Source: a virus. From it: a stretch of 64,000 bases of DNA. Shown here piece by piece: positions 1 to 9,939 of this stretch. Location of the stretch: IMG/VR virus record IMGVR_UViG_3300045988_171725, positions 81,036-145,035 of that record; one strand, given 5' to 3'. The notes under the pieces were generated by a model. It had not been told where the DNA came from. It searched no databases and saw nothing but the letters and a program-made list of their open reading frames with translations. The translations under genes were made by a program, and so were the position numbers. Numbering within the stretch: the stretch's first letter is position 1; each line of letters opens with the position of its first letter.

Positions 1-603
1 ACCCTTAGTGAAACTCAAATAGAATATACCAAAGCCTTAGTTTCTAACGTGGATGATATTAGAAATATCTTATTAGGGAAACATACTAAAAACTTCCAAA
101 ATATGTTGGATTTCGTGAACAAAAACAACATGTTACAAGGCGATTATGCACGGTGGGGAGAAATGTTCAGAGCTGCTGGTATATTAAACGAATGGAATTC
201 TTTGTCTGACAAAGAGAAAGAAGCTATTAGAAGCCAAGCAAATACGAGAGCGGGTGGAGACATTTCCTTCCAAGGCGGTAAAGCTCTTATCAACGAACTT
301 GGAACCGAAGCGGTCATCACACCTGGCGGCACGCTCACCGCGCTTCCTTCGAAGACGGGTATCGTCCCTGCGGACATAACCCGAAACGTTTGGGCGCTCG
401 GGGAAGTTGCTCCGACGTTGGTCGCACAGCTCGGTTCGCTTACGCAAAAGACGCTTTCTGGCAACGCTGGAAACACGACCTACGAAGAGGGTCAATACTT
501 CGACAACTTTACGATGAACGTTTACCCCGCAAAAGGCGACGACTTGAGCAAGATCCTGGAGCAAGCACGTGCACAAATGCGGCTTACGCGTCATAATAAT
601 TAA
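1..603 (+). CDS. C-terminal fragment of a large tail protein, possibly tape measure (partial, runs off the 5' edge)
   Basis: The frame of ORF 49..603 stays open back to nt 1, so the listed GTG is probably internal. It lies directly upstream of tail/baseplate-sized ORFs. The tape-measure assignment rests on position only. Confidence 0.35.
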   Translation, partial: TLSETQIEYTKALVSNVDDIRNILLGKHTKNFQNMLDFVNKNNMLQGDYARWGEMFRAAGILNEWNSLSDKEKEAIRSQANTRAGGDISFQGGKALINELGTEAVITPGGTLTALPSKTGIVPADITRNVWALGEVAPTLVAQLGSLTQKTLSGNAGNTTYEEGQYFDNFTMNVYPAKGDDLSKILEQARAQMRLTRHNN

Positions 604-693
604 CTTGGATTAAATAAAAGGGTAATTTTATTATACGAAAAACGGTCCAACGCGGGTTCGCCCTTTCCCGCGCGACCAAAACAAGGAGGAATT

Positions 694-1509
694 ATGCTAT
701 ATTTAGATTACGCGAAACCTCTCGCAGACGGTAAATACATTCTCAGCTTCTTCGCTGACAGTGCGGCTGACTTAGAGAGTATTTCGCACGGACAAAAATT
801 TGTAACGAAAAACGGGACTGATTACGGCGTTCCGCAGGCTGGAAGCACGGTAATCGTAACGTCCCCGAATTCTGGCAAAACGACTTACGTTATGGACGCG
901 GAAGGCGTTTGGGTAGTCACGGAAGACATCTCGTATTCGGCGGTTGTGGCAAACCCGAGCGACGCGGCGACGGCGAAATTGGAGAAATTAAAGGTAAATG
1001 ACACGACTTATGCGAACTGGACTGAAAGCGAGATAAAAGCGTTGGCAGGGAAAGGGGAAGATGGGGTTGGTGTTACTTCGTTTGAAACTGTCTCGTCTAC
1101 CGTTGTTGGGGACAATACTAATACTACGGTTCGCGCTCATTACTCGAACAATACCACCGATGAATTTGTTGTAACGGCAAAAAACGGAATATCAAAGTCA
1201 CTTTACTTTCACAAAATTTACATTAGCGACGGTTGGGGGGATAATATAGTTAAAGCGTGTTTTATAAATCATAGTGGTAATGAAGTTAGTAAAATTTCGG
1301 AAATTGACGCCATTAGTAATATATTATTTAATATTAGATTTCAGCCAGATAATTCAGCGAATACAGAGTATATAGGTAATTACCTTGATGTCGAAAATGA
1401 CAAATTTTCAATTGGGTATTTTTTAAATTATCCATTTAGACTCCCTGTGACCAATAAAAAATTCGCTTTAGGTATTGGCTCAATTAGTGATGAGGTGACT
1501 GCCCTCTAA
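694..1509 (+). CDS. Hypothetical virion/tail protein (271 aa)
   Basis: AAGGAGG RBS sits just upstream of the ATG, and the ORF is in the structural module. The N-terminal half is GC-rich and the C-terminal half AT-rich, with the switch near nt 1190. Confidence 0.5.
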   Translation: MLYLDYAKPLADGKYILSFFADSAADLESISHGQKFVTKNGTDYGVPQAGSTVIVTSPNSGKTTYVMDAEGVWVVTEDISYSAVVANPSDAATAKLEKLKVNDTTYANWTESEIKALAGKGEDGVGVTSFETVSSTVVGDNTNTTVRAHYSNNTTDEFVVTAKNGISKSLYFHKIYISDGWGDNIVKACFINHSGNEVSKISEIDAISNILFNIRFQPDNSANTEYIGNYLDVENDKFSIGYFLNYPFRLPVTNKKFALGIGSISDEVTAL

Positions 1510-1700
1510 TGTTAACTTTATTTTTATCAACTTTATTCGAAATTTAAGATTACTAAATGATATCTAAATATATTTAAAAACGGTTTTATCGCGTTTCCGT
1601 AAAAAAAACGCGTTACCATTACTTTGGGTGTGGCGGGTTGAGAAAACCTCCCGCCCGTTATACTCAAATATTAAAAAAATAAAAAAGAGGAGGAAAAATT

Positions 1701-4700
1701 ATGGCTATTTATAAACCGAGCAATTGCACACCGTTTTTGACGTGCCTGGATTTGACAAAAGCGCAGGATATAACTTGTGAGCTTAACACGTCCAACGAAT
1801 TAGTTACGGGGTATAAAATTAAGATATTAGACAGTAACAATGACGTGATTTTCGAAGGGGCAAAGTTTGATCCGATAAATCCCGTTGGTTACGATAACAG
1901 CGGCTTGAACGGTTCGACGCTTGTGCTGCCTTTGATCGTCGAAGGGAAGGCGATTAACAATAACACGATCGGCTATCAAAACGGGGGATATAACGTAAAC
2001 GACCCGACTGGCACCAAATTCGATGCGACGCGTTTTTCTAACGGCTATATCAATCAACCGTATAAGTGGGAGATCGTCCTCGAACAAGGAAACACGACAG
2101 GCGTTAAAGCAGATAAATTTTATGATATGACTATCACACAAGGAAAAGTTCTCGGTTCGACGAGAAACCGCATTCAGAGTTATTTATCCGATAACATATA
2201 TAAGGATTATTTCATTCAGTTAAACAATACTTCGAAGAGAGTGTTGATAAATAGCTATGATCATACATACGGGTATTTATACCCGCAGGAAAACAAGTTT
2301 ACCGATGAAGAGGTTGAAGCGGCGACTTTTTTCCAGATATACAAATTCAGCAACGACCCCGACGTGATTGCGGCAGGATCGCAAGTTGCATACGCCATCA
2401 GTCAATCGATGAACGATGTTGCAATTGGGAGAAAGAAGAGCACGGTGGCATGGGGTAGTAATTTGGTTTATCCGTATTATTTCGAGCAGGTTTTTGAAGG
2501 GTTGTCCCGTTCTTACACGGCGCAAAACGATATTCCAAATTCCGCGTTCGATTCTGAAATGAGCGGGTTTCTTGTTACTGGAACGAACGTTATGGTTAAA
2601 GGAGAAACAGACGCAAACGCTTTTAACGGAATTTTCACATTAAATTCGGTCTCTGAAAAGGAACGCGACGTCGAAGTTAATGGCGAGACAAAGACACTAT
2701 ACGATCTTACGCTTAAGTGGCTTAGAAGTACGCCTGGTGATACGTGGGCGAATTTAACTAACGCGGTGTTTTATGTTCAAAACGGAGCCGACCACGGTAC
2801 AAGGTGGCAGGTAAATACCGACACGCAAACAGTTGGGACAATTAACCAGACGCCCGTTATTTTTATCCGCGAGAAACCCGTGGAGATATATACTGACGCA
2901 AGCAAAGGGTACAGTTCCGACAAAACAAAAGGGCAAATTTTTAAAAATACAAACAGACAAGTTTATATACGTCCTTTTATTGGAATAGAATCTGGAATGC
3001 GGTTTAGTTATTTAAAGAAAGGTGAAATTGCTTATAAAAATATAGATGATTTCACAATAGACACAGAGATGTGGCAATTGAGTGGGAATATCGGTGAAAA
3101 ATTAAAACCAGATGAAACCCAATATAAAATTTCGTCTTATTTTAAGGGGAGCGATGAAAATCCGTTTTACGCTTACGCCGAACCAACGGTCTCAATATAT
3201 TATGATGGAAATCTTTTACCGTCAGATTTACTTAAAAGAATGATTGTAAGCAGAAGAACTGCGACTTTTCAGGGCGTTTTTGAACAAATTAATAATAAAA
3301 CATGGATAAATTATCAATGGTTTATTAATGATTTGTCAGATGGGACGACCGAGCAATCGGATAAATTTTACAGTGGTGATTTATCATACACGTTTCAGGG
3401 ACTCCAAGATAAGCACATTTATCAAGTCGTGTTGGTTGTCGAAGATGAATTTGGCACAAGTCATAAAACTTATGGCAATATTGAAATAGAAATAGATTTT
3501 ATTACTGGCACAACCGATTTGACGGTAGAATTGGATTGCCTTACTCAGTCTTATATAATAGACTTCAATAAGTTAGGTATCGTAATTCCTGATCCTAGTA
3601 GCCAAACGCTCAAATATCGTGTTTATAATTCAACAAATACAGGTAAAGAGAATTATACGGTTAAAGAAGCGGATGAACCCGTTTCAAATTATGAATATTT
3701 TAATGTTGAAAATTCATATGATTACGGATATACGATTGATTACCCTGAATCTCAATCGGGAAGATATTTATCTTTATCGGATATAAAAGATGTAAACAAA
3801 ATGGAGGGGCGTGATTCTTTAATGAAATATGATAAACTTCAAATCATTGGAGAAGAAACAATTGCCTCTATCCCTTCCCCAACTGGAGATTCATGCACTA
3901 TGAATTCACAACATAGATTGGGCGCAGGTTTTAATGGAGATATCATAAAATATGAAATAGACGTAGACGATTCGTTATTTGGTACTGCTAAAGCAATTAT
4001 AAAAGTATATCTGCCTCCTGTTACGAGAATGGATTCAAACGGAGAAATTGTGGTTTATACTGATGACAGTCTAACTTCGTATAGTCAATACGAGGTAAAT
4101 AGTACCGATGTAATCGGAAGAAAAGATTACACAGTTATAAAAGCTCCGAATTCCGAGGAGTTATTCTTCGTTAAAGATATCGGCTCCATAGCAAATCGAT
4201 ATAGTATAATAGCCTTATATACTAAAAAATATTCGGAAAATGACGAAATATTACTTGCTTCGAAGATTTTAAACTGGGATGAAGAACGTGGAGATGTTAA
4301 GATTGTTTCTGCTTGGGTGCCTCAAAATGAAGCAGCTAACGATAGTTATGACTATTTGGATACTGATGCAGTTTATGATGTTCTCCCTGAAAATTCAAAT
4401 TATCGCCATATTAGAGGTGAAGGGGCCTTGAATAGTAAAGGAAAAATCGGTTATGTTTTCAGCGAAAAAAAAGATAAAGAATATTCTTATTTTAACGATA
4501 AAAAAAGAGTTGTTGTAACGCAGGCAAACGGCGAGAAAATAAACGTATTAAATGGTGAGTATAATTATTGGAATGATGCTTATTACGATGAAAATGGAAA
4601 AAAGAAATATCATTATTGGTTTGATAAAGGAAGCGAGGAAGGTATTTATGAACAAACTAATATCAACAATTCTTCTGAACATACTGGGAGACAGTTTGTT

Positions 4701-4820
4701 AATGATAAAATTTGGACTTTAAATTTGGGGTTACGTAATTATAATACGACTTTGACCGCCGAAACATTTAATTCGCAAAATGATTTTATATTTAATTTAT
4801 TTGAAGAGGAGGCGAAGTAA
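1701..4820 (+). CDS. Large tail fibre / receptor-binding-type structural protein (1039 aa)
   Basis: GAGGAGG RBS. Its size and position after the tape-measure-like ORF fit a fibre. Composition switches sharply near nt 2940, as in modular fibre proteins. No catalytic motif recognised. Confidence 0.5.
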   Translation: MAIYKPSNCTPFLTCLDLTKAQDITCELNTSNELVTGYKIKILDSNNDVIFEGAKFDPINPVGYDNSGLNGSTLVLPLIVEGKAINNNTIGYQNGGYNVNDPTGTKFDATRFSNGYINQPYKWEIVLEQGNTTGVKADKFYDMTITQGKVLGSTRNRIQSYLSDNIYKDYFIQLNNTSKRVLINSYDHTYGYLYPQENKFTDEEVEAATFFQIYKFSNDPDVIAAGSQVAYAISQSMNDVAIGRKKSTVAWGSNLVYPYYFEQVFEGLSRSYTAQNDIPNSAFDSEMSGFLVTGTNVMVKGETDANAFNGIFTLNSVSEKERDVEVNGETKTLYDLTLKWLRSTPGDTWANLTNAVFYVQNGADHGTRWQVNTDTQTVGTINQTPVIFIREKPVEIYTDASKGYSSDKTKGQIFKNTNRQVYIRPFIGIESGMRFSYLKKGEIAYKNIDDFTIDTEMWQLSGNIGEKLKPDETQYKISSYFKGSDENPFYAYAEPTVSIYYDGNLLPSDLLKRMIVSRRTATFQGVFEQINNKTWINYQWFINDLSDGTTEQSDKFYSGDLSYTFQGLQDKHIYQVVLVVEDEFGTSHKTYGNIEIEIDFITGTTDLTVELDCLTQSYIIDFNKLGIVIPDPSSQTLKYRVYNSTNTGKENYTVKEADEPVSNYEYFNVENSYDYGYTIDYPESQSGRYLSLSDIKDVNKMEGRDSLMKYDKLQIIGEETIASIPSPTGDSCTMNSQHRLGAGFNGDIIKYEIDVDDSLFGTAKAIIKVYLPPVTRMDSNGEIVVYTDDSLTSYSQYEVNSTDVIGRKDYTVIKAPNSEELFFVKDIGSIANRYSIIALYTKKYSENDEILLASKILNWDEERGDVKIVSAWVPQNEAANDSYDYLDTDAVYDVLPENSNYRHIRGEGALNSKGKIGYVFSEKKDKEYSYFNDKKRVVVTQANGEKINVLNGEYNYWNDAYYDENGKKKYHYWFDKGSEEGIYEQTNINNSSEHTGRQFVNDKIWTLNLGLRNYNTTLTAETFNSQNDFIFNLFEEEAK

Positions 4821-4822
4821 TT

Positions 4823-5830
4823 GTGAATAAAATGAAAGTGTTAGTTTCGCCTTTTGATGAAACGACTAAAAATACCAAACTTGGTCAAGATGTATTCTTT
4901 ATAAATGTTTTAAACACCTTTGATGACAGTAAAGAAAAACCGATTAAAGTAACATATGAACAAAGAGATACAATTAGCACCGCGTTACTTCTTAATTACC
5001 AAGACTATGATAGCGAAGGATTCTTTTGTGATTATACTCAGGGTTATGCTCCGATTGCTAAAAGTGAAGAATCTATGGCTTCGATATATAAGCAAGAAGT
5101 ATCGGTTGGAGATGATAAAGAGATTAAAGCTTTAACTCGTTTAAAACCCGTTAAAACCGATATAAATAATTTTAAATTTAGGGATTTTAATATATCAAAC
5201 CATAGATTATACCAATATGTTTTGTATCCAAGTAATGCTCGGCAAGGAGAGGAAATAGAGAAAGCCACTGTAATTCCAAATAAAACTAATTGGGGTGCTT
5301 GGAGTATTACTGAATTGCATCCTGTTGCTGGAAATAAAAAACAATTTACTGCGACCGCTGATGATGTGTGGTTATTTAATCTCAATGTTGAAACAGGAGA
5401 GCAATCCCAAAATATATCTCGAAATGAACAGCAAACTTTAGGACAATTTAACAAATATTCTCAAGGGCGAACGAATTATATATCGGGCAGTGTTAGTTGT
5501 TTACTTGGAAGTGAAGTTATTCCCGCAAGTTACATTAAACAAAAAAATGGAATCATAAATTCTAACGGTGGTTATACCGAAAGACGAATTTTCGACACAA
5601 AACCGACCTCTAATGAGCGGGTAGATATGTTATTAGCATGGAGAAAAGTGGTGTATTCCTCAAACCCGAAATTGCTTAAAGACCGTGCGGGGCAATCATT
5701 TTTAGTGACTTTAAACAGCTCTTCTAATAAACCAATGGATGCGGTAGGAATTCAGCCAAACACCATAAGTTTCAATTGGACACAAATTGGGACAACCGAG
5801 GATTTGCAGATAATAGATGATACTTTATAA
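4823..5830 (+). CDS. Hypothetical tail/baseplate protein (335 aa)
   Basis: GTG start 2 nt after the previous stop, suggesting translational coupling within the structural operon. No motif recognised. Confidence 0.45.
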   Translation: MNKMKVLVSPFDETTKNTKLGQDVFFINVLNTFDDSKEKPIKVTYEQRDTISTALLLNYQDYDSEGFFCDYTQGYAPIAKSEESMASIYKQEVSVGDDKEIKALTRLKPVKTDINNFKFRDFNISNHRLYQYVLYPSNARQGEEIEKATVIPNKTNWGAWSITELHPVAGNKKQFTATADDVWLFNLNVETGEQSQNISRNEQQTLGQFNKYSQGRTNYISGSVSCLLGSEVIPASYIKQKNGIINSNGGYTERRIFDTKPTSNERVDMLLAWRKVVYSSNPKLLKDRAGQSFLVTLNSSSNKPMDAVGIQPNTISFNWTQIGTTEDLQIIDDTL

Positions 5831-5841
5831 GGAGGCATTGA

Positions 5842-7083
5842 ATGAGCAGTTATAAAGTTAGAAGCGCAAGTGGAGATATTTTGTCGTATTACTCAACAGA
5901 GACTTCTCAAAATATCTCCATAGAATGTATAAAGCAAGAAATAGACAATACCCCCGTGATAAACCCAAAATTTCGGTTTCATATTCTTAATGAAGACGAG
6001 ACAATTCGAGAAGATATCCCTGAAGAAGATATAATCATGGGCGGGACTTATAATGAAAATTATCAGAATGGGCAACGTCGAAGTATCTCAATTTCACTAT
6101 TTAATTACACTGGGAAATATACACCTTCCATAAATGGGTTATGGGTCGGAGTCAAAATAAGCTTTGATATGGGTTTAGAAATAAACGGTGTTACTATTTG
6201 GTTTAAGAAAGGGATTTATGTTATTTCATCGATCTCCCCCTCTCATGAACCTGGCACGACAAATGTTAGCGTAGAATTGAGCGATAAATTTGCCGTTTTA
6301 GAAGGCGCAACGGGAACATTTGAGACCTCATATACTGTTCCAGTAGGCAATGACATTCAAGAAGTGATTCAGGATTTGCTTAATTTGCAAAGAGGAAACG
6401 GGCAGGTAATCGATCCGAAACCCATAATATATAACAGCAAGTTTAAGGGCGCAAAAATACAAGCCGAAATACCCAAACAAGCAGGAGACACCATAGGTTC
6501 GATAATAATAGACATAGCCACCCAACTTAACGCGGAAGTGTTTTACGATGTCGAAGGAAATCTCACGTTTGTTCCGATAAACGATGTGACTGGTGATGAG
6601 GATAAACCCGTCATATACCATTTTTATGATGAAAACGGGGATATCTTCAATAATAATTTGTCATTTGATCTTAGCGGAGCGATTAACCGCGTTATAGTGA
6701 TTGGTTCGACTGTTAATAGTAATGTCATTATAGCCACTTCCGTGAATGATAATGTCGGGTCGCCCTTATGTTACCAGCGAATTGGATATCGAACTGCAAG
6801 CCCAATAAACGACTCGAATATTACCACCGAAATTCTAGCGCAAGAACGTGCCGATTACGAGCTTCGTCAGCACTTGATACTTAAATCAAGTGCGAGCAAT
6901 GGCGTTCGGTATAACCCGCTTCTATCGGTAAACAATTTAATCGGTGTAACAGATTCGTTTTATGGATTTAATCAGGAGCGATTTTTGTTGCAAAGTATAA
7001 GTTGCCCGATTGATTATAGCGGTTCGATGAGTATAACAAGTGCAAATATACAGAATTTCGGATTTTTGACGACTCGGAGGTAA
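5842..7083 (+). CDS. Hypothetical baseplate/tail protein (413 aa)
   Basis: AAGGAGG RBS, structural operon. Followed by an 87-aa ORF, which loosely resembles hub-plus-small-protein pairs in PBSX-like tails. The resemblance is weak. Confidence 0.45.
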   Translation: MSSYKVRSASGDILSYYSTETSQNISIECIKQEIDNTPVINPKFRFHILNEDETIREDIPEEDIIMGGTYNENYQNGQRRSISISLFNYTGKYTPSINGLWVGVKISFDMGLEINGVTIWFKKGIYVISSISPSHEPGTTNVSVELSDKFAVLEGATGTFETSYTVPVGNDIQEVIQDLLNLQRGNGQVIDPKPIIYNSKFKGAKIQAEIPKQAGDTIGSIIIDIATQLNAEVFYDVEGNLTFVPINDVTGDEDKPVIYHFYDENGDIFNNNLSFDLSGAINRVIVIGSTVNSNVIIATSVNDNVGSPLCYQRIGYRTASPINDSNITTEILAQERADYELRQHLILKSSASNGVRYNPLLSVNNLIGVTDSFYGFNQERFLLQSISCPIDYSGSMSITSANIQNFGFLTTRR

Positions 7084-7086
7084 GAT

Positions 7087-7350
7087 ATGGAAAACAATGC
7101 GGAACAACTTGTTTCTCTTATTCGAGAGTTAGTAAGAGAAGAACTTAATAAACGAGATAACACTTCGATCGGAATGGTGAAAAGTGTTAATAATGATAAT
7201 ACGGTGAATATTTGTTTATTTCCTGATTTTAATACTATAATATCTAATATAAAGAATTCTTCTAAATATGAACTTAAAGAAAACGATATAGTAGTATTAT
7301 ATAAAATAAATAACCAAATAAATAATTCTTTTATAATTTCTAAATATTAA
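7087..7350 (+). CDS. Small structural-module protein (87 aa)
   Basis: Starts 3 nt after the previous stop. It is the last ORF before a strong terminator. Confidence 0.45.
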   Translation: MENNAEQLVSLIRELVREELNKRDNTSIGMVKSVNNDNTVNICLFPDFNTIISNIKNSSKYELKENDIVVLYKINNQINNSFIISKY

Positions 7351-7358
7351 TGATGATT

Positions 7359-7396
7359 AAGGATATTAGATTTTCAAAGTCTAATATCCTTTTTTT
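7359..7396 (+). terminator. Rho-independent terminator closing the late/structural operon
   Basis: Perfect 12-bp stem AAGGATATTAGA (7359-7370) / TCTAATATCCTT (7380-7391), 9-nt loop, followed by a T-run through 7396. Confidence 0.85.
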
Positions 7397-7443
7397 ATCC
7401 ATTTTTGTCCGAAAGATTTTTTTGAAAAATTTACATTAAACGC

Positions 7444-7472
7444 TTGACAAATGAATTTTGTTATGTTATAAT
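7444..7472 (+). promoter_or_regulatory. Sigma70-type promoter P1 (TTGACA-17-TGtTATAAT)
   Basis: -35 TTGACA at 7444-7449 and -10 TATAAT at 7467-7472, with a 17-bp spacer. Extended -10 TG at 7464-7465. Confidence 0.7.
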
Positions 7473-7504
7473 GGCAGCGAAGAATAAATTTTGGAGGTTG
7501 TATT

Positions 7505-7822
7505 ATGGCAAAAGAAAAGCTTAACACAATGGCGGTAAAAGTGGAAGATATTTTAAGGAACAAATCGAAAGCTCGCGACGACGATAACGTGTTATACGCG
7601 TATTTCTTGAACTCGCTCGGTGTTTCGGTTCGTAAGACGTCATTTTGGGAAATCACGCGCCGCGTGGTGAATGGTGATTTGCCGTCGATGGAAAGTGTGG
7701 GGCGTGTTCGCCGCAAAGTGCAGGAACTCAACCCCGAACTCGTCGGCACGGCAGAGAAGAGAAAGATAAGATATAAGGCGATCGACGATTACAAAGAATT
7801 CGCTCGCCAAAAGGAGATTTGA
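7505..7822 (+). CDS. Hypothetical early protein (105 aa)
   Basis: GGAGG RBS. First ORF after P1. No motif recognised. Confidence 0.6.
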   Translation: MAKEKLNTMAVKVEDILRNKSKARDDDNVLYAYFLNSLGVSVRKTSFWEITRRVVNGDLPSMESVGRVRRKVQELNPELVGTAEKRKIRYKAIDDYKEFARQKEI

Positions 7823-7823
7823 C

Positions 7824-8189
7824 ATGGAAGAAAAAGAGGTTTTCAAAGTTCCGCCGAAAGAGGTTCAACAGGCGGTCATCGACCGCGTTTTGATGCGGAT
7901 AGAGGCGCGTCGTTCGAGTTTTACCCGCGAAGACGTAATCGGTTTCGCAAAAGAGGCGCAGATCCCGACCATATACGCAGAGGCAGTTAGCTCCGCTGTT
8001 ATCGAGGATTTGGGCAGCAGAATTTTCTCGCGTTTGCTCGTAAACGGAATGCTCATTCCCGTAAAAGGCACCAACTATTACAGGAAAATCACCGAAGAAG
8101 AAATGCAAGCGGCAAAGAAGGCTTATTTGGCGGCGCAGGAAGAGACAACGCGGGAGGCACAAAATGACGAAAAAATCGTACTTAACTAA
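7824..8189 (+). CDS. Hypothetical protein (121 aa)
   Basis: Starts 1 nt after the previous stop, in the same-strand operon. Confidence 0.55.
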   Translation: MEEKEVFKVPPKEVQQAVIDRVLMRIEARRSSFTREDVIGFAKEAQIPTIYAEAVSSAVIEDLGSRIFSRLLVNGMLIPVKGTNYYRKITEEEMQAAKKAYLAAQEETTREAQNDEKIVLN

Positions 8190-8520
8190 AGAGCAGTTCG
8201 TAGAGTACGTCGGGCGGATAAAAGCGACGTGTGACAAAGACGATATGTTATCAGAGGCAATGGAGAAGGCATGTAACGATGATTGCCGAGTAATCGGCTT
8301 ATACGGCGCTGAATGCTCCGCGATGGTTGATTTGCTCTCGCTCGCAATGGGGTCGGAAGTCGGGACTTGCAGCGGGAATGAGATTGAGTATTTCATATAC
8401 GACCTGAATTTCGGGAAAGATTACGCAGAAGGGTGTTTCACCGAAATGGACGGTACACCGATAGATATTTCAACGGCAGAAAAGTTATACGACTATATTG
8501 CGTCGGAGGCAGAGAAATGA
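8164..8520 (+). CDS. Hypothetical protein (118 aa)
   Basis: Overlaps the previous ORF end by 26 nt, in the same operon. The exact start is uncertain. Confidence 0.5.
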   Translation: MTKKSYLTKEQFVEYVGRIKATCDKDDMLSEAMEKACNDDCRVIGLYGAECSAMVDLLSLAMGSEVGTCSGNEIEYFIYDLNFGKDYAEGCFTEMDGTPIDISTAEKLYDYIASEAEK

Positions 8521-8882
8521 TTACAATGTACGACACGCCCAAAAAGGTTAAACTCACCGATTTATTCCCTGATTCGGGGCGCAAGTATTATATTCAAAAG
8601 TTCGAGTACGGTGATTTCGATAATTGGGTTACGGCGGTTATATACGAAACGAGCCTCGTTATAAACGATTACTCGCTCAATTCAAAAGCGGTAAAAGACG
8701 GGAAATATTCCGCATATTTAGCGACGACTTTTATCCCGATCGACGAAGCTGAAAAAATGGGCGGCAATTTTATAAATAGCAATTGCAAGTTTGTCGGTTG
8801 CGGGAATGACCTGAAAATAAGTAAGTTAGAAAATTTGACCGATTTCGAAGTTACGGTAGACGGGGAATGGACGAGAGGCTGA
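8517..8882 (+). CDS. Hypothetical protein (about 121 aa)
   Basis: In-frame ATG at 8517 forms an ATGA overlap with the upstream stop (8518-8520). I prefer it to the 8433 start in the track. Confidence 0.5.
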   Translation: MITMYDTPKKVKLTDLFPDSGRKYYIQKFEYGDFDNWVTAVIYETSLVINDYSLNSKAVKDGKYSAYLATTFIPIDEAEKMGGNFINSNCKFVGCGNDLKISKLENLTDFEVTVDGEWTRG

Positions 8883-8883
8883 A

Positions 8884-9939
8884 ATGCTCAAAGACATAAA
8901 GGAAAAGCTCATAACCAACGCGGACGCGCTCATTGAATTACTCGAAGAATTCGGATTTGAAAAAATTACTCCGCGAGTAAGCGAAATTCGGTGCGCCCGC
9001 GACGCAGATGGTGGCGGCAATAACATTCAGATTCGTCTCAATAATAACGACGGCGCGTATGTTACCGATTACGCACGCGGAACGAAAGGCGAAGATATAA
9101 TCGCTTATATAATGCGTGAGAAAGGCGTTGATTTCCGCACAGTCGTTGGGAAAATTCAGAAAATTCTCGGTTTATCGGACGATTGGGCGAAGCAAAAACA
9201 ATTGCCGTTATTCGGCGAGTTTTACAATCAAATCGGGCGAAAGAACGCGGAAATCGAAGTGAAGACTTATCCTGAAAGCGTGCTCGACCAATACGATATG
9301 ACACCGAACGAACGCTGGATAAAAGACGGAATTACGATCGAGGCACAGCGGTTTTACAATGTTGGGTATGACCAATACGACCAAAGGATTATATTTCCTA
9401 TTCGTAATGCGGAAACGGGCATGCTCATGGGAATTAAAAAAAGACGCAATTATTCAACGACTGACGAGAGTGACCCGAAATATGTTTACGAAAAAGACTA
9501 TGCTTGCTTAATGAGCCAAACGCTTTTCAATTATTCGGAAAGTTACGGCGATTTATACGGGAACGAAGTTTGGGTTGTCGAGTCGGAAAAAACTTGTATG
9601 GTCAGTTACGGGTTTGGCGTAAAAAACATCGTCGCTCTCGGTTCGCACTCGTTGTCGGAAAAACAGGCGCAGTTAATTTTACAGCTCAACCCGAAACGCG
9701 TGATTATGGCTCTCGACGAAGGGCTGGATTTCGAGGCGACCGAAACAAACCTCAAATTGTTAAAATCGTTTTCGGCGTTACGCGATATCGAATTTTGGTA
9801 TTGGGATACGACGCTCGACCCGACGATCAAAGGGACGAAGTGTGGTCCGTGCGACAATGGCGCGGAGTATTTCGAAAAGGTAAAAAACGAACAGTTGAAG
9901 AGGTGGGATTATGGCAAAAAGAAAGATGAAGAAATTTAA
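8884..9939 (+). CDS. DNA primase, Toprim-domain (DnaG-like)
   Basis: Toprim-like signature: EVWVVESEKTCM (conserved Glu), then VIMALDEGLD (acidic DxD-type motif). It lies in the replication region. Confidence 0.6.
   Translation: MLKDIKEKLITNADALIELLEEFGFEKITPRVSEIRCARDADGGGNNIQIRLNNNDGAYVTDYARGTKGEDIIAYIMREKGVDFRTVVGKIQKILGLSDDWAKQKQLPLFGEFYNQIGRKNAEIEVKTYPESVLDQYDMTPNERWIKDGITIEAQRFYNVGYDQYDQRIIFPIRNAETGMLMGIKKRRNYSTTDESDPKYVYEKDYACLMSQTLFNYSESYGDLYGNEVWVVESEKTCMVSYGFGVKNIVALGSHSLSEKQAQLILQLNPKRVIMALDEGLDFEATETNLKLLKSFSALRDIEFWYWDTTLDPTIKGTKCGPCDNGAEYFEKVKNEQLKRWDYGKKKDEEI

Noticed and set aside
7728-8396. Long minus-strand ORFs in the track, e.g. 7728-8396, 11778-12296, 22868-23512, 38103-38837 and 61533-61898
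   Set aside because: Each lies fully antisense to a well-supported + strand gene. None has an obvious RBS or promoter context. They occur mostly in GC-rich or low-complexity stretches where stop-free antisense frames are expected. I treat them as shadow ORFs.
9504-9929. Alternate-frame + strand ORFs inside larger genes, e.g. 9504-9929, 390-596, 32977-33183, 37569-37874 and 40693-40932
   Set aside because: They are embedded in better-supported frames with recognisable domains. They are Arg/Lys-rich with low-complexity translations typical of out-of-frame reading, and have no RBS.
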